From: Lama glama
Lineage: Eukaryota
DNA: 64,000 nt
Assembly (NCBI GenBank): GCA_028534125.1
Contig: CM052816.1
Location: 35,776,001 to 35,840,000 of the forward strand
Direction of reading: 5' to 3'
Each line of letters begins with the position of its first letter. Position 1 is the first letter of the stretch. The notes below the pieces were generated by a model. The model worked only from the letters and a program-made list of their open reading frames with translations. It was not told where the DNA came from and made no database searches. Position numbers and translations under genes: made by a program. Shown here piece after piece: positions 50,119 through 62,619 of this stretch.

Positions 50119-50959
50119 GTAAGGCTGAGGGCTGACAAAGAGGTTTTCAAAACTGGTCAGCATAAATGCTTCCAGGAGGCCAATTCAGGATAATCTATTG
50201 AAATATGGATCAGAAATATTGCCAGCCGAGGCTAAATATCTCTATCTGTTGCATGTAAGCCAAAGCAATAGAATGCTTTCATGGGGGAAAAAATAACAAA
50301 AGCCATAATTATACTGGAGAATTGTCTGTTCATACCATTTGGGGGTTAATTTTGTGAAATGGTTGCCATTCTGTCTGGGTCCAGCATCTGTCTCAGCCAT
50401 TTTATTTGTTTTGAGATGCTTCAGGGGTAAGGTCCCTGGAGACCTGAGCCCAGGCGGCGTTCTGGTTTCCAGGAGCCAATTTGTGACAAGATCAAAGGGG
50501 TCAGTGGTCCCAAGAGCCTGAGTTACACTTTGGAATTTGCAGGTGTACCTCATTTTACACAGCACTTCCATGTTCGAAATGTATTGGAAAGGAAATTTGA
50601 GTGAATTGAATTTTATTAACCCACTAATCCTTTCAGTTGGCAGTGGCCCCTGATCATTTAATTGTTGATCAAAATTAAAGTGGAGCCATGAAATAAATCT
50701 TCTTATAAACTTAGACTGCTTTTGTGATATAACTATTAGTGTTTTATGGCAAAGTTTGTTTCCCATGTGATTTTTATTCAACAATTTGGAAAGTGGCGAA
50801 CTAAAACCAAAAGAAAAAAAAATCATTCTGAAAATTTGAGGTAAAATTTCCAAACACTCCCAAAACAGTAATTACAATGCCTTAAACTTCAAATAGTTAT
50901 CCATTGATAATATTTAAATTATTAGAGTAATAGAAATTGTTCCACTGTGCCTTACTAAT

Positions 50960-52060
50960 ATTCTTTATTTTGAAATATTTCATACGTACAGAAAAATATA
51001 AAGAGTAATATAATAAACATTCATTACCCACCACTCAGAATTTTGAAATACTAATAGATTTTCTTTATTGTTTAAAAAAATGAACATAAGTGTATCCAGT
51101 TAAAGAATGTTTAAACCTCTTCCTGGTGTTATATGCCTTCCCCTCCTCTCCAAAATGACTTCTATCCTAAAGCAGGAGTATACCCTGCCCATCTATTGTT
51201 TACATTTTTACTAAATGTATATGAATCCATAATAGGTAAGTAGTATTTTTGTGAGTTCTTAAAATGTTCTTAAAAGATACCATACTTCAATCTTGTTTTA
51301 TTTTCATTCAATATTTTGTTTTTAAGTTCTATCTTCATCAGTACATGTAGATCAAGGTTTAAATAAATTTAACAAATATGGGACTGTCCATAATTATTTA
51401 TTCTTTGAATGATATGCATTTAGGGTTGCTTGCAATTTTTCACTATTATAGACTATGCAGCATGCATAGTTTCTTTAAAACTCTGTAACAACAATTTGAG
51501 TTTCTGGGTCTAGAATGCATGCATCTTCATGGATACTACCAGATTGCTCTCCAAATTTATACTCTTATCAATGATATTTTAGTTAAATTAATTAATATTT
51601 TTCTTTATGATTTTTACTTTCTGAGCTTGGTTTAAGAATTTCTTCCCTCTCCATATTATAAAAAGATATAATTTGTTGTGTGTTCACATTTATGTCTTTC
51701 ATTCATTTGGAAAAATTTTTTGAAGTGTGACGTGAGGTAGAGTTCTAATTATCTTGTTTTGCATACGGATGGTAAAGCTGCTTACAATGCCTGCTGGTTT
51801 TTAAGGTCACCTCTGTAGGCGCCAAGGTTTAGGGTAAGGCTAGGTATTTCCATCTGTCTTAGATTTGGCTTCTCTTCCCGTCATTACTATGGAGACCTTC
51901 CCCTAACACCACATTATTTTAGTTGATGTAATAGTACACTATGGTAATTCATGATATCTAATGAAGCAAATCTTTCCTTCCTATTTTCCTTCCTGAAATT
52001 TGTCTTGGTTACTGGAACTTTATGCTTTTATATGAATTTTATAGTCAGTTTTTAGAAAAT
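50960..52060 (-). mobile_element. Old L1 (L1ME-like), antisense
   Basis: tttattttgaaatatttcatacgtacagaaaaatataaagag...catttagggttgcttgcaatttttcactattata...ggatactaccagattgctctccaaa...gtgaggtagagttctaatt. Confidence 0.75.
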
Positions 52061-52534
52061 CTTTAATATGATAAAGTCGTAATTAAAATGTGTGATATAA
52101 TCTATTCTACTTACAGCAAATCGCTAAATCTAACTGATTGCTCATTACTCAGTATTAACGATCTCCTGCCATGTCGTGACACTTAACTTCCTTCAAAAAT
52201 AAGCTTATCATGTTCCCCTTTCTACTACAAATACTTTCTCTCAATTTCAGTAATTTTCATGTTATTTCCATTCTCGCAACTTCGGAGACTCTGAGTATCC
52301 TTTCCTGCACCAAGTTAACAGTTGTCCTGTTGGGACAGTACTTTGTAAATGTAATGCTTTCTCTACCCTGATCCTCCTCTATCTCCCACTCCAGTCAGTT
52401 CTTCAGAGAACACGTAGAGCAGCTGTTTTCCTGTTTTAATCATGCCTTTTGTTTGCCCAAGAACTTGGACTCTACTTTGCTACAGGTTTGAGTGACCCTC
52501 CAAGGGCAGGCATCCAATTTCTTAGGTGAACAAC

Positions 52535-52660
52535 CTAAGCCCCACGAGGATTTGCCCTGCCCAGTGTCACGCAGCTAGTCAGGAGAGGAATTAGGACTCT
52601 GAAGGTAAAACCTAGTTCAGAGCCTAGGTCTTCTGACTCCTGAACTAATTCTCTTTCGAC
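52535..52660 (-). mobile_element. MIR fragment
   Basis: ctgcccagtgtcacgcagctagtcagg...aggaattaggact...cctaggtcttctgactcc. Confidence 0.7.
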
Positions 52661-52979
52661 TTTTTGCTCCCCTCCCCCAAAACCTTCAGATGTTGTCCCT
52701 AAGTGGTAGCAACACTTCATCAATTTTACTTCATATAAATCTCCCAGAGGAACTTCCCTTTCTTAGTCTTACATCAAAATGTGACTTGTTGTTTCCCACT
52801 GCTTTGGAAATACAAACTTTCACCTGAAAATCTGTTCTCCTTACTTTCCACTGAGCTGTCTCACCTTCTTGGAAACATGTACCTTTTCCAGAGTGTGTAA
52901 TTACGGCGGCTACCACCACTGCTGCTCCTGCTGCCCCTTCTGCCCCTCCTCCTCCCCCTCCGCCTGCACCTCTTGACAG

Positions 52980-53175
52980 TAATGATAAAACCATCAGTTA
53001 CTGCACTCTGACAGTGAGTCTAGGTCTTGGATGACATGATCTCACCTTACCTCACAGACGCAAGATTTGGAACCCAGAGAGGTGAGGTACCCTGCTCGGG
53101 GCTCCACAGCCTGGAGTAGGACCCGAGTCTCTAGGCCTCCAGAGCTGTGAGTTTACCTCTTCGTTCTGTGCCCTC
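52980..53175 (-). mobile_element. MIR fragment
   Basis: acccagagaggtgaggtaccctgctcggggctccacagc...gacccgagtct...ctccagagc. Confidence 0.6.
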
Positions 53176-54017
53176 TAACTCTCTAAGAACTTAGCACTTT
53201 TCAGCACTAGCTTACTCTTGAGTTCAGTTGCACTTACTTTTAGCTGCTTTGGGTATATGACAACTCATACCTGCAGTCTTTAGCCTCTCAACTAGATTGT
53301 ACATCCTCTGAATACAGGATCATTTAAAACTCTCTTTAAATTTCCTTTCCCCTCAGAGCATCTAGTGTGGAGCTCCGCTCTGAGCCTTCCCATGACTGAT
53401 GAAGGTCTAATTAGCCTGGAGAGTCTCTGACAACCATCCAAGAAGCTTCTCTGTTGAAAAATCTCCCATTGTGGCAGAGATTAAAACTGGGACCGATAGT
53501 TTTTGTGACATGGTGAATAGAATGCCACTGAGAAAACAGAGTTACTATATTTCAGTACAACAACTTGTTTGCTGTCTCATAGATAAAATTTAAGAAAAAG
53601 CTGATTCCTCATAACTTACAGCTTCTCTAGTGAATATTATATGCTGTTAATTAGAAACAAATTTGGCCTGTCATGTAAAATACATTAGAAACAATTTTGA
53701 GTGAACTTTACTTTAAATATTTTGTGAGGAGAAAATATAAAAGCACGTGAAATCACTGACATGAAGAAAATGCATAAATATAATGTAGTTTGAGGTCCAC
53801 TATTCACAGTGTTCAGATAGTGCTTTCCAGGAGTTCAGATAAGAGTGGTCAGTGGCCAGGTGTGGACGGGGAAGGAAGTCCTGTCCTCACCCCACTTTGT
53901 CTTGAGCAGTCATCTTTTAGCAGTAAGTAGTGGAACAATCTTCAAAAGACCTATTTAAAAGACCCTTAAAGAACTTTAATTTTGTTGGGTTTTTTGGTTA
54001 TAAAATTTATGAAACAG

Positions 54018-54320
54018 ATTTTTTTAAATTTAATAAACTTTATATTTTTAAAGCAGTTTAAAGTTTACAAGGACAGTGAGCAGAAGAAAGTACAGAGTTC
54101 TCATACACCCCCTCTCTGCCCCCACACCTCTGCTCCACCCCCAAGTTCCCCTATTATTAACAGCTTGCATTCATGTGATATATATGATACAGCCGATGAG
54201 TCAGTATTGGTACATTATTGTTAACTAAACTACCGTTTACATTAGTGTTCATTCTTTGTGTTGTACGTTCGTCAGGTTTTGGCAAATGCGTAACGATGGG
54301 TATCCGCCATTACAGTTGGA
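54018..54320 (-). mobile_element. L1 (L1MC/L1MD-like) 3' end
   Basis: aaactttatatttttaaagcagtttaaagtttaca...agtacagagttctcatacacccc...ttcccctattattaacagcttgcatt...gtttacattagtgttcattctttgtgttgtac. Confidence 0.85.
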
Positions 54321-55263
54321 TTAAAACAGATTTTAAGCTAACAAAGTCTAGAAAGAAGACTAGCAGATATCATCTGGAAACATCTAACTGTGGTGAAACA
54401 AGTTAAATGAACTGAAACTCAACTAAAAACTTAGTGAACTTATTCTTTCTTTATGGTTCCTACCAGACAGAAAAGCAATAGAGTGAAAATTAAGTAGTCT
54501 TGTCTCTGAAAATTGTACTTATTTTGATAAACAGCTCTGTCAAAACAGCAAACGCGAGCCCCACATCCTCAGGCTCGTTCTCTTCCGTGTACTGTTCGCC
54601 AGGTTTGGTGTGAATACTTCATAGTTAAAGTATGTCTTCCCTTGAGAATCACACAGCCATTTAATTTCTGTTCTGGCACTTGGCCTATAGTGTTTATGAG
54701 GTTCTATTGAGAAGTGGAATTGATGATTTCTTCCATAACCACAAAGAAAAAATTGAAAGTTACTGATTTCAAACCACTATTATAACCTTTCATGTTTTTC
54801 TGGAAAAAATGTTTTCCCTCCAAAATGAAAAAAAAAGAAAAAGAATTTCCTATTAAGTGTCTAACGGGTTGGTATCATCTCATCCTTCAAGATGCTAAAA
54901 ATTCACTTGAGACTTGGCCAGAGAAAGGCTGGAGTTTCCCCTCTATAGTTTGGAATCTACCAGATGTTGCTGCCTGGTCTGATAGATCTCTATTGATTCC
55001 TGCTTTTCACGGCATTATTGTCAAGAAGAGTGGATTTCATCTCTAGGGTTGACCCTGCCTGCCCCCCACAGCAACTTTCTTGTCAGTGTACATTCACTGC
55101 TCTTGCCTCAAAGACCTCCCTCCCCAACCCCCACAGCCCCTGAGGACTTAAATGAAGTTAGTGGTGATGATTTTTCCAATATCTTCCCCTTTGTGTGACG
55201 TGCCATTTTAATACTTTCTTGGAGAATCAAAATCCAAGTTGTGGTGTACAACATTTCCTCTAG

Positions 55264-55470
55264 AGCAATGGCCCCAGGCCGACATTTGGCAATGTCTCTA
55301 AACACTCTTTGGTTGTTACAAGCGGGGGAGGGTACTGCTGGCATCTAGTGGGTAGAGGCCAGGGGGTGCTGCTAAGCAGCCTGCAGTGCACAGGACGCCC
55401 CCCCATCCCCATCACAGTATTACTTGACTCAAAATGTCAATTGTGCGTACAGTAGTTGAGAAACCTCACT
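55264..55470 (+). mobile_element. MER20 (hAT-Charlie)
   Basis: gacatttggcaatgtct...ctgctggcatctagtgggtagaggccaggg...tgctgctaagca...gcacaggac...caaaatgtcaat...gttgagaaacc. Confidence 0.9.
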
Positions 55471-56111
55471 TCATCATTTTAGTCAGTCGGCCATTTTTGT
55501 CATCCCATGTTGAATTACTGCATTTCAAAGTATTGCATTTGTTGAAATATTAAAGCATTACATCCTGATTTTTTAAAAAAGATAATGTCCAGTAATAGAG
55601 GAAAATAATGTGTTTTCCTATCACCTTGCTCGAGAAGAAAGCTACAGTATTTACATAGTAGATAACCTTAGTTGTCACTCAAAATGTAAACTGTCATAAA
55701 GGATAAGAGATTAACTGATTTCACTGGTAACTTTTATAGTGTTATGATTTTCCCCTCTAACTACCTCCTCAATATCTTCGCTGACAAAGATGTTTTAAAA
55801 CAGAAGACAATTAGAGGCTTTTTGTTTATGAAAAATGACGTGTTCAGGCACAAAAGCATGCACAGTGGACCTCTTACAGAATGTTTAAAATTCCTTTCAT
55901 TATAAGATTTTCTTAAGTGGCTACTTCTCACTTAATAGAAATTCCTGTTGCTGCTACTGTCATTTTTATGCATAAACACCAACATCTGTAGATTTCCAGG
56001 GTATCCTTTAGAATTTCTCACCCCTTAATGCTGGGTTGCCTCAGATGATTATTCCATCTTAGAAATCACATTTAAAATTACATAGACATTTGTCTGAGAA
56101 TATGCTAGAAA

Positions 56112-56478
56112 AGCCATTGCAAACTGGCAGCCAGGAAACCAGATCCTACTCACAGATGAGCTTTGTTCATCCATGGTGAAATTTAAACGTTTTAAAATTA
56201 GTTATCAATATTTAAAAAATAATAGATTGTTCATAAGAATCTAGATATCTCTTTTTGCCTTGGAAATTGGAAAAATCTAGCATTTGGGGCCTGCAGTTTT
56301 TCATGACAGCACTGCACTGAGAAGGGACAGCAGCCAGGGCAGCGGCCTGCAGTCTAGATCCCACTCAGCCTGGCTTCCCTCAGCTGCCCTGTCAGTCCCC
56401 CCACCCCTCCAACCGTGGGCACTGGAATTTGCAGCTCCTGCTCCCTATGGAGCAACTGAGTTCTGCAACTGCCCATGA
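56112..56478 (+). mobile_element. MER102-like hAT-Charlie element, near full length
   Basis: gcaaactggcagcc...ttaaaattagttatcaatatttaaaaa...cataagaatctagatatc...ggaaaaatctagca...gagttctgcaactgccc. Confidence 0.8.
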
Positions 56479-57650
56479 CTAGTAGGTGGGTCAAACCCTC
56501 CATTCTATGGTCCATATGCTAATTTAGGAACGCATATTGTAAGTAAGATAGAGAGCTGGGGCAGCTTAGGAGGGAGATGGGGAACGAGATGAGGAGAACA
56601 GAGAGCCTGAGATGTGACTGAAGGGAGGACAGGGTCATGAAAAGAATCTTGCTTTAAAGTAGAAACAGATTCAGGGGCTCCCGTCTGCTTTCCAGTATCA
56701 GCTCTGCAGCGCAATCTTCTGAATTTTGGTGAGAAGAGAGCAGGCCAGATAGTGTACAGGAATAAACATTGATGATATTTATGACTGTGTCAGAGGCTCT
56801 CTGTCATTGACTTGGCCTGTCATCTCTGCCCCCAGTGGCAGTTCCTAGTCCTGGCCTGTGTTCTTGGCACATCACCAGAATAAGAAATGGAATCCAGAAA
56901 CAGCTCCATGAGGTAAAAGTCAGCCCAAGAGGGGGCGTGGAGGGGATCATGATGTGTTGGAATTAAGGGACAAGGTGAAGGTGGAGGAAAAGGCAAACCC
57001 CGTCCAGAGCACAAGGAGTATCAGATGCAGGAAATGAGATTCAAAGTTTAGGGTGTAAGCCAGAAGAAAGGTCAGGTGGGAAAGATGCAGATGCCAGTTG
57101 CTGGTGTCTGCGTGCTTTTGTGGGAAGTCTGTGTTTTGGATGAAATGACAAAACTCTTGATCTCCCTGTTTTTCTATCTGTGGTAGTCTGAGGTCCACCC
57201 TTGGGTGGGTCTCCACTTGACAGTGTCTGATTCTCTCATCAGCTGCAGTGATTTCCCTGTGGATGCCTGACCATCTTTCTAGTCATCCAAGCTCTGGAGA
57301 AAAGCCAAGGGGTGGGGGGTCTGGGTCTCCAGAGCTTCAGCATCCTTTCCTCTCTCCCTGCCCTCAAACAGGATTAACAAGATAAAATCTTCTTTAAGCT
57401 GCAGCCTCTCCTTCCCCCTCAACTCTACAGATGTGGAGATGAAGGGGGAAATGCTCAGGGCTGTGGAGATGGTGGGGGGAGAGAGGGAACGACGTTTGGA
57501 GTGTGTTTGGCCTTATCTGATGAAAGAGAGAAAAGGACTGAAAAGAAGGACATTTGAGGAAGGGAGAGAGTGAAAGAATATTAAAATTGTTGCTGGAAGG
57601 AATCCCAGGAAAATACTATCCTAGGCTGGGTTTTCCCTGTTTGATATGTG

Positions 57651-57782
57651 TAGAGGGACCATATAATTTACCACCCAAACCTGGACTCTTTTAAGAGTGA
57701 AAGAGGGAGCTATTAGTAATTTTTCCAAGAGAACAGCATGGCTCAGGACTGGCCCAGCCAAGCAGGGCATGGGGTCTCAATA
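57651..57782 (+). mobile_element. MER94 (hAT-Blackjack)
   Basis: tagagggaccatataatttaccacccaaacctggactcttttaagagtgaaagagggagctattagtaatt closely follows the remembered MER94 consensus. Confidence 0.75.
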
Positions 57783-58629
57783 GTTTGGGACAAAATAAGG
57801 AACCTTCCTCCAGATTTACAGCCGCACGCTACTGACTAAATTGTAGAGGCCCAGAAGCCTCCACTGTAACCTGGTGAATGATGATGTAGAAAGCAAACAC
57901 TACACTTGGTTAGGATGAAGGGGACGGAAGGCACTTCTCATCTCTGACTAAGCGTCAGAGTGACCCAGGGTCTTTGAAAATTACAGACATCCAGGAATTC
58001 AATTTTAATTATTCCTAATTGGGCCTCAACAAGATTTTGGTAATTCTGTCGTGCAACTTACCCAGACCTCCACAGTTTCTCCCTAGCTTCTAGGTGGCCC
58101 TCTCTTCCCTTCCCCCAGAATTGGCCTGTGCTGGGAGGTGGTGGGAGGGCCCTGCAACTAGGGAATCTGGGGCAGGATGGAGTAGGGGCTGCAGTCAAGT
58201 GACTAAGAATGTGTATTTGTGTATTTCTTGTCAAGGACAGCTGAATATTAAAAAACAAAGGGAAATAAACTAAAACCTGAACAAAACTGGTAAATCAGGT
58301 CTGTTGGCTTCACAGACATGAAGGTTGAAGAGTTATGCTGGGGTCAGGACTTTATCCCTACCTCCAGCCACACATACACATTTATTCAGTCAGTTGCCTG
58401 ACCTATTCCGTGTTTGGAGATGCCAACATCAAATCTACGTGCTGCAGACCCAAAGATTTTTTTCATTTAAAATGTTTCATACTTCTGGAGCATCTGTTGG
58501 ATGAGGGCGCTAGACACACCCAGCCCCAGATGCTGCTGTGCTGCAGGGGGTCTCGGGGACCACTTTCACTTTCTAGACTGAGTTACTGAACTGTCGCCTG
58601 GAACCCAGAAAGAGCAGGGCTGCTCTGAA

Positions 58630-58956
58630 CTGCTTAACTGAGACAGCATAAAAATTTTTAAGAGTTTGTGCTAGAATCGATTGGTATCAGGCTACAGCAC
58701 CAAAGCAGGAGTGGTAGGGGCACTGGACCGCAGGAGTTCAGGGAAGACTTCTATAGAGAAAGAGTGGAAGCAAAGAAAGGAAATTCTTCGGCTGGCTGTA
58801 GTTTAAAGCCTGGTTGGCTGTTTGTGGTTGGTTGTCCTCAGCATTTTGATTTCCTAACTTTGAGGCATTTGCAGGCTTACATTTAGGTTTGCCTACTGGT
58901 GACACAGCATTAGGGCCACATCCATCTAATGGCCTCGTTGTTTAATTAATTTAACC
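58630..58956 (-). mobile_element. Solo ERV1-class LTR (subfamily uncertain)
   Basis: The minus strand begins gttaaattaattaaac and ends aactcttaaaaattttta...ctcagttaagca, resembling ERV1 (MER4-group-like) LTR termini. Confidence 0.6.
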
Positions 58957-59929
58957 GAGTGGCTCTCACCAGTGTCAGTGGTTACACAGCTGGTAGAAAC
59001 ACCAGTTGGATAGGCAAGAATTAATGAAAAGGATTTTAAATCTCATTGCAGCCTCTCAGAAAATCACCAAGGGATTATATAACCCTCAGCAAGGCTTCTT
59101 GGGATCTTCTTGCCTCTGCTCATTCTACCTTCATCTCTCTTATCTCTCAGATTCTCATCCCTTATCAATAGCTCAGTATTTCAATTTCATCTCAAATCTC
59201 AGTATCTTCCCGGCTCGCCATGGTAACTGTTCTGTTTCCTTTCTCTCTCTCTCCACTCTCCCAAACTCAGCTTCCCAATTCTGGCTCCTGTAAGCCTTGC
59301 CTTTTCTCTCCTCCTCCTTCCGGGATCAGTTTCTGGGGCCAGGGCTTGGTTTCCTTTAAGATGTAAATCCTGCAGCTCAGCTCAGTTCTAATCAGCACGA
59401 CAAAAGGCCGAGCCTGGAGCTGCCAGAGCTCTCCTTCCTCTTAGAGCCTGGGGTTGGAAAGGGGTGGGCGAAGGCTGTGACGGCTCTAAAATGAACAAAT
59501 TTGCTCTGCATACTTGTATGCAAACCGATTTGTATCTGCATATATACAAGCGTGACTACATAGGGGGTCTACATAGGTGTCTTGGAACATTGTGGAAAGA
59601 TTCAGGAATGATTTTGTGTGAGAATGGTACGTATGATCCAGAAATACATGCCAGATGAGTGCTTCTAAATTAATTTCTTTTCCTGAACAACTTTGCAGTA
59701 TGTAAGTCCATGAAATTTTTGTCTAAGGAACTAAAAATAATTTTCAATATCCCACTGCTGTTAATTTTCATAATAACAAAACAGAAATTATTGTTTATTG
59801 TGCTAATAAGGGTCAGATACGAAAAGGTATGTATAAATTCTTTGGAAGAAAATTAGAACACAGTAGCTTTTAGATCCATGAGAACATAAAATACAAAACA
59901 TAAAAGTTTGCAAAATTGTTCTTGTTTGT

Positions 59930-60070
59930 GTTCCTCATTAGACTGAGTGCTCCTGGATAAACTGGATTGTTTTGTTCGTCATTGTAACTGTACCACCTAG
60001 TATGGTGCCTAAAATATGAGATGTGGTCATTGCTGGCATTTGCTAAGTACCTGGCATTGTGCCATAAACA
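59930..60070 (+). mobile_element. L2 3' end
   Basis: cattagactgagtgctcctgg...ttgttcgtcattgta...cacctagtatggtgcct. Confidence 0.6.
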
Positions 60071-60265
60071 CTGTATCTCAGTCTCCCAGATTTTTCTTGC
60101 CATTGGTGTTATGTGTAGAAATGCTTATTCTACTATTTGATCTGTCAAAGTTTGTATCTTTCAGTTCTTGAAGATTCTTCATATTTTCCTTCCTTCTTTC
60201 CCTTCCTCCTTTTCTCCTTCCCTTCCTCTCTTCTTGTCTGTCTTGTTGTATTTAAATATTTAGAC

Positions 60266-60587
60266 AAGTGCTGCCCAATAGAAACATGCTAGCCACAAAT
60301 GTGAGCAAGAAAATTTTAATTTTCCTCGTAGCCACATATTTAAAAAAGTAAGAAGAAACAGATGAAATTCATTTAATAATCTATTTTATGTAACCCAATA
60401 TATACAAAATATTATTTCAACATGTAATGAATATAAAAAAAGTCAAATGAGATATCTTGCAGCCTTTATACTGAGTTTTCAAAACCTGGAGTATATTTTA
60501 TATATTCAGTGTATTTCAATTTAAAAGATGCATTTCAAGTGTCCAAGAGCCATGTGTGGTCACTGGCTGTGGTATTGGACAACACAG
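60266..60587 (-). mobile_element. MER33 (hAT-Charlie), full length with TSD
   Basis: agtgctgcccaatagaaa...taacccaatatatacaaaatattatttcaacatgtaat...catttcaagtg...tattggacaacacag. The flanks atttagac and ttttagac match at 7 of 8 positions. Confidence 0.9.
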
Positions 60588-60829
60588 TTTTAGACCATCT
60601 GAGTTAGAGATCAGAATTGCTTATGTCACTCCAAGGCATTTTCTGAATAATCCATCCTTTCTTTACTTACATCTAAAATGACTCATTTAGTTATATACTG
60701 ATATCTTGTAAGTATGAATGGCACTCAATACACATTCGTAGAAAGAGTGAATGATAGAATGACATTATGATTTATTTTAGAAGGATACAATATTAAAGAA
60801 CTTCAATGAGGGGGATGACTTAACATTAA

Positions 60830-61080
60830 TAATACCTACAGTATTGATCATATGTTGAATCCCTGACATTAGACCATATACTTGATAAACATTATCTTGT
60901 CTACTGCTCACAGCATATTTTTATGAGATTGATATGATTAAAGGCATTTTTACAAAGAAATTGGGCCTTAGCAATGTTTAGTAAGTTGCTCAAGGTTAGA
61001 TTCATAGTAAATTGCAGAGCCAGATTTGAAACTACATTTGTCTGATTCCAGACTGAACTCTTCATCATACCATACTGCCT
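60830..61080 (-). mobile_element. MIR SINE
   Basis: aataatacctacagtattga...catttttacaaagaaa...agtaagttgctcaagg...agtaaattgcagagccagatttgaa...gtctgattcca. Confidence 0.75.
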
Positions 61081-61288
61081 TCGTAAGATAAGACCATCAG
61101 GACTAAAGAAATAGCAAAGTGAAGATGTGTTCCTTCCATCAAGCTAGAAAGAAAGACTATTGCTCACTGTAGTTGCTGAAATGTTCTTTCTCATTGTAAT
61201 AGAATAGTTTACTAGAGAGTAGCAAATATTATTTTATTTTCATAAGTTCTACAATTTGTTTCCAGAACATTTATTAGAAAGCCATTTG

Positions 61289-61660
61289 CAGAAAGGAAAA
61301 GAAAAATACCATATGATATCACTTATATGTGGAATCTAAAAATAAGACACAAATGAACTTATTTACAAAACAGAAACAGACTCACAGACACAGAAAACAA
61401 ACTTATGGTTACCAGAGGGGAAAAGGGATGGAAATGGATAAATTGGGAGTTTGAGATTTGCAGATACCAACTACTATATATAAAATATATAAACAACAAG
61501 TTTCTACTGTATAGCACAGGGAACTATGTTCAATATTCTGTAGTAACCTATAATGAAAAAGAATATATGTATATATATGTATGACTAAAACATTATGCTG
61601 TATACCAGACATTGACACAACATTATAAACTGACTATACTTCAATTTTTAAAAAAAGGAA
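61289..61660 (+). mobile_element. Well-preserved cetartiodactyl-type L1 3' end (about 370 bp, 5'-truncated, A-tailed)
   Basis: aaataccatatgatatcacttatatgtggaatctaaaa...aacagactcacagac...aaacaaacttatggttacc...ctgtatagcacagggaactat...actgactatacttcaattttaaaaaaa. Confidence 0.92.
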
Positions 61661-62619
61661 AACAGAGACATTTAGAAAATTATTTTACATTCCTTTAAAA
61701 AGATTGAGAGTGAGAGTATATAAGATATATTTTATGACTTGAAGCCATAAGTGATTAAATAGTTTCGCAAGGATAGTAGAAGAACCAGGAAGTTACCATT
61801 ATTATGTTCCTCTTCTGTGCCTCCTCTAGCCACCAAAAAATGTCCTCTTTAGATTGAGATTACAAATTAGTATGCTTCATTAGCTGAGTAAGTCTCTTCC
61901 TTACCTCTTCTGTAAGGTGGGCAGCCTGTTGAAAGTCAGAAAATAATGCATTCCTTTGCATATGTAATTGTACAGATAATTGCCTCTATCATTTAAAAAT
62001 ATCATTTGCCAAAATGGTGTCTATGATTAATTATGTACATTTATCATTGAGTCGACTGGGGTACATTATAAAATCCTTTCCCTAAGCTCATGCATCTTTC
62101 CTCTCTTCTTATTTCTTAACAACGTAAGTTATTTAGTAATTCAAAACTTGTTGTTATTCCTTAAGGCATAATTCACCTGCACAGAAACCCGCAACTCATT
62201 TGCCCTCTGGCTCTGAAGTGTTGCTTTTTGACTTGTGATGTCAAGGAATAAGGATGATGACATTTAAAATCTCCTCTTTTGTATCATGTTGCTTCTAAAA
62301 CTGAAATCCTAGGGAAAGGATCATTTATTGATATGCAAGTTATCTCCATTATTATCTCCTCAGACCCAGACTGTACACTGTTGGGTGTCAATGTCAAATG
62401 GTAACAAGGAAAGGAAAAAGTTAATTAAAAATGTAAAAGTATATAATGATCCTGAAATCTTGCTATGTAGAATTTACCTGATGTGAATTTAATGTAATTA
62501 ATGATAGTGGCAACTCTCCAAGAGCAGACTTTGTCTTTAACATAAGGCCTCCTGATGGTCTCCCAGCTTCTCTGCTCTGCCCTGAATTCGCAGAATATCC
62601 AGACTGATCCTCAGACATT

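Noticed and set aside
50242..50853. Longest ORF (203 aa, minus strand)
   Set aside because: It has a TTG start, no recognisable domain, a composition typical of translated AT-rich non-coding DNA, and no convincing flanking splice or promoter signals.
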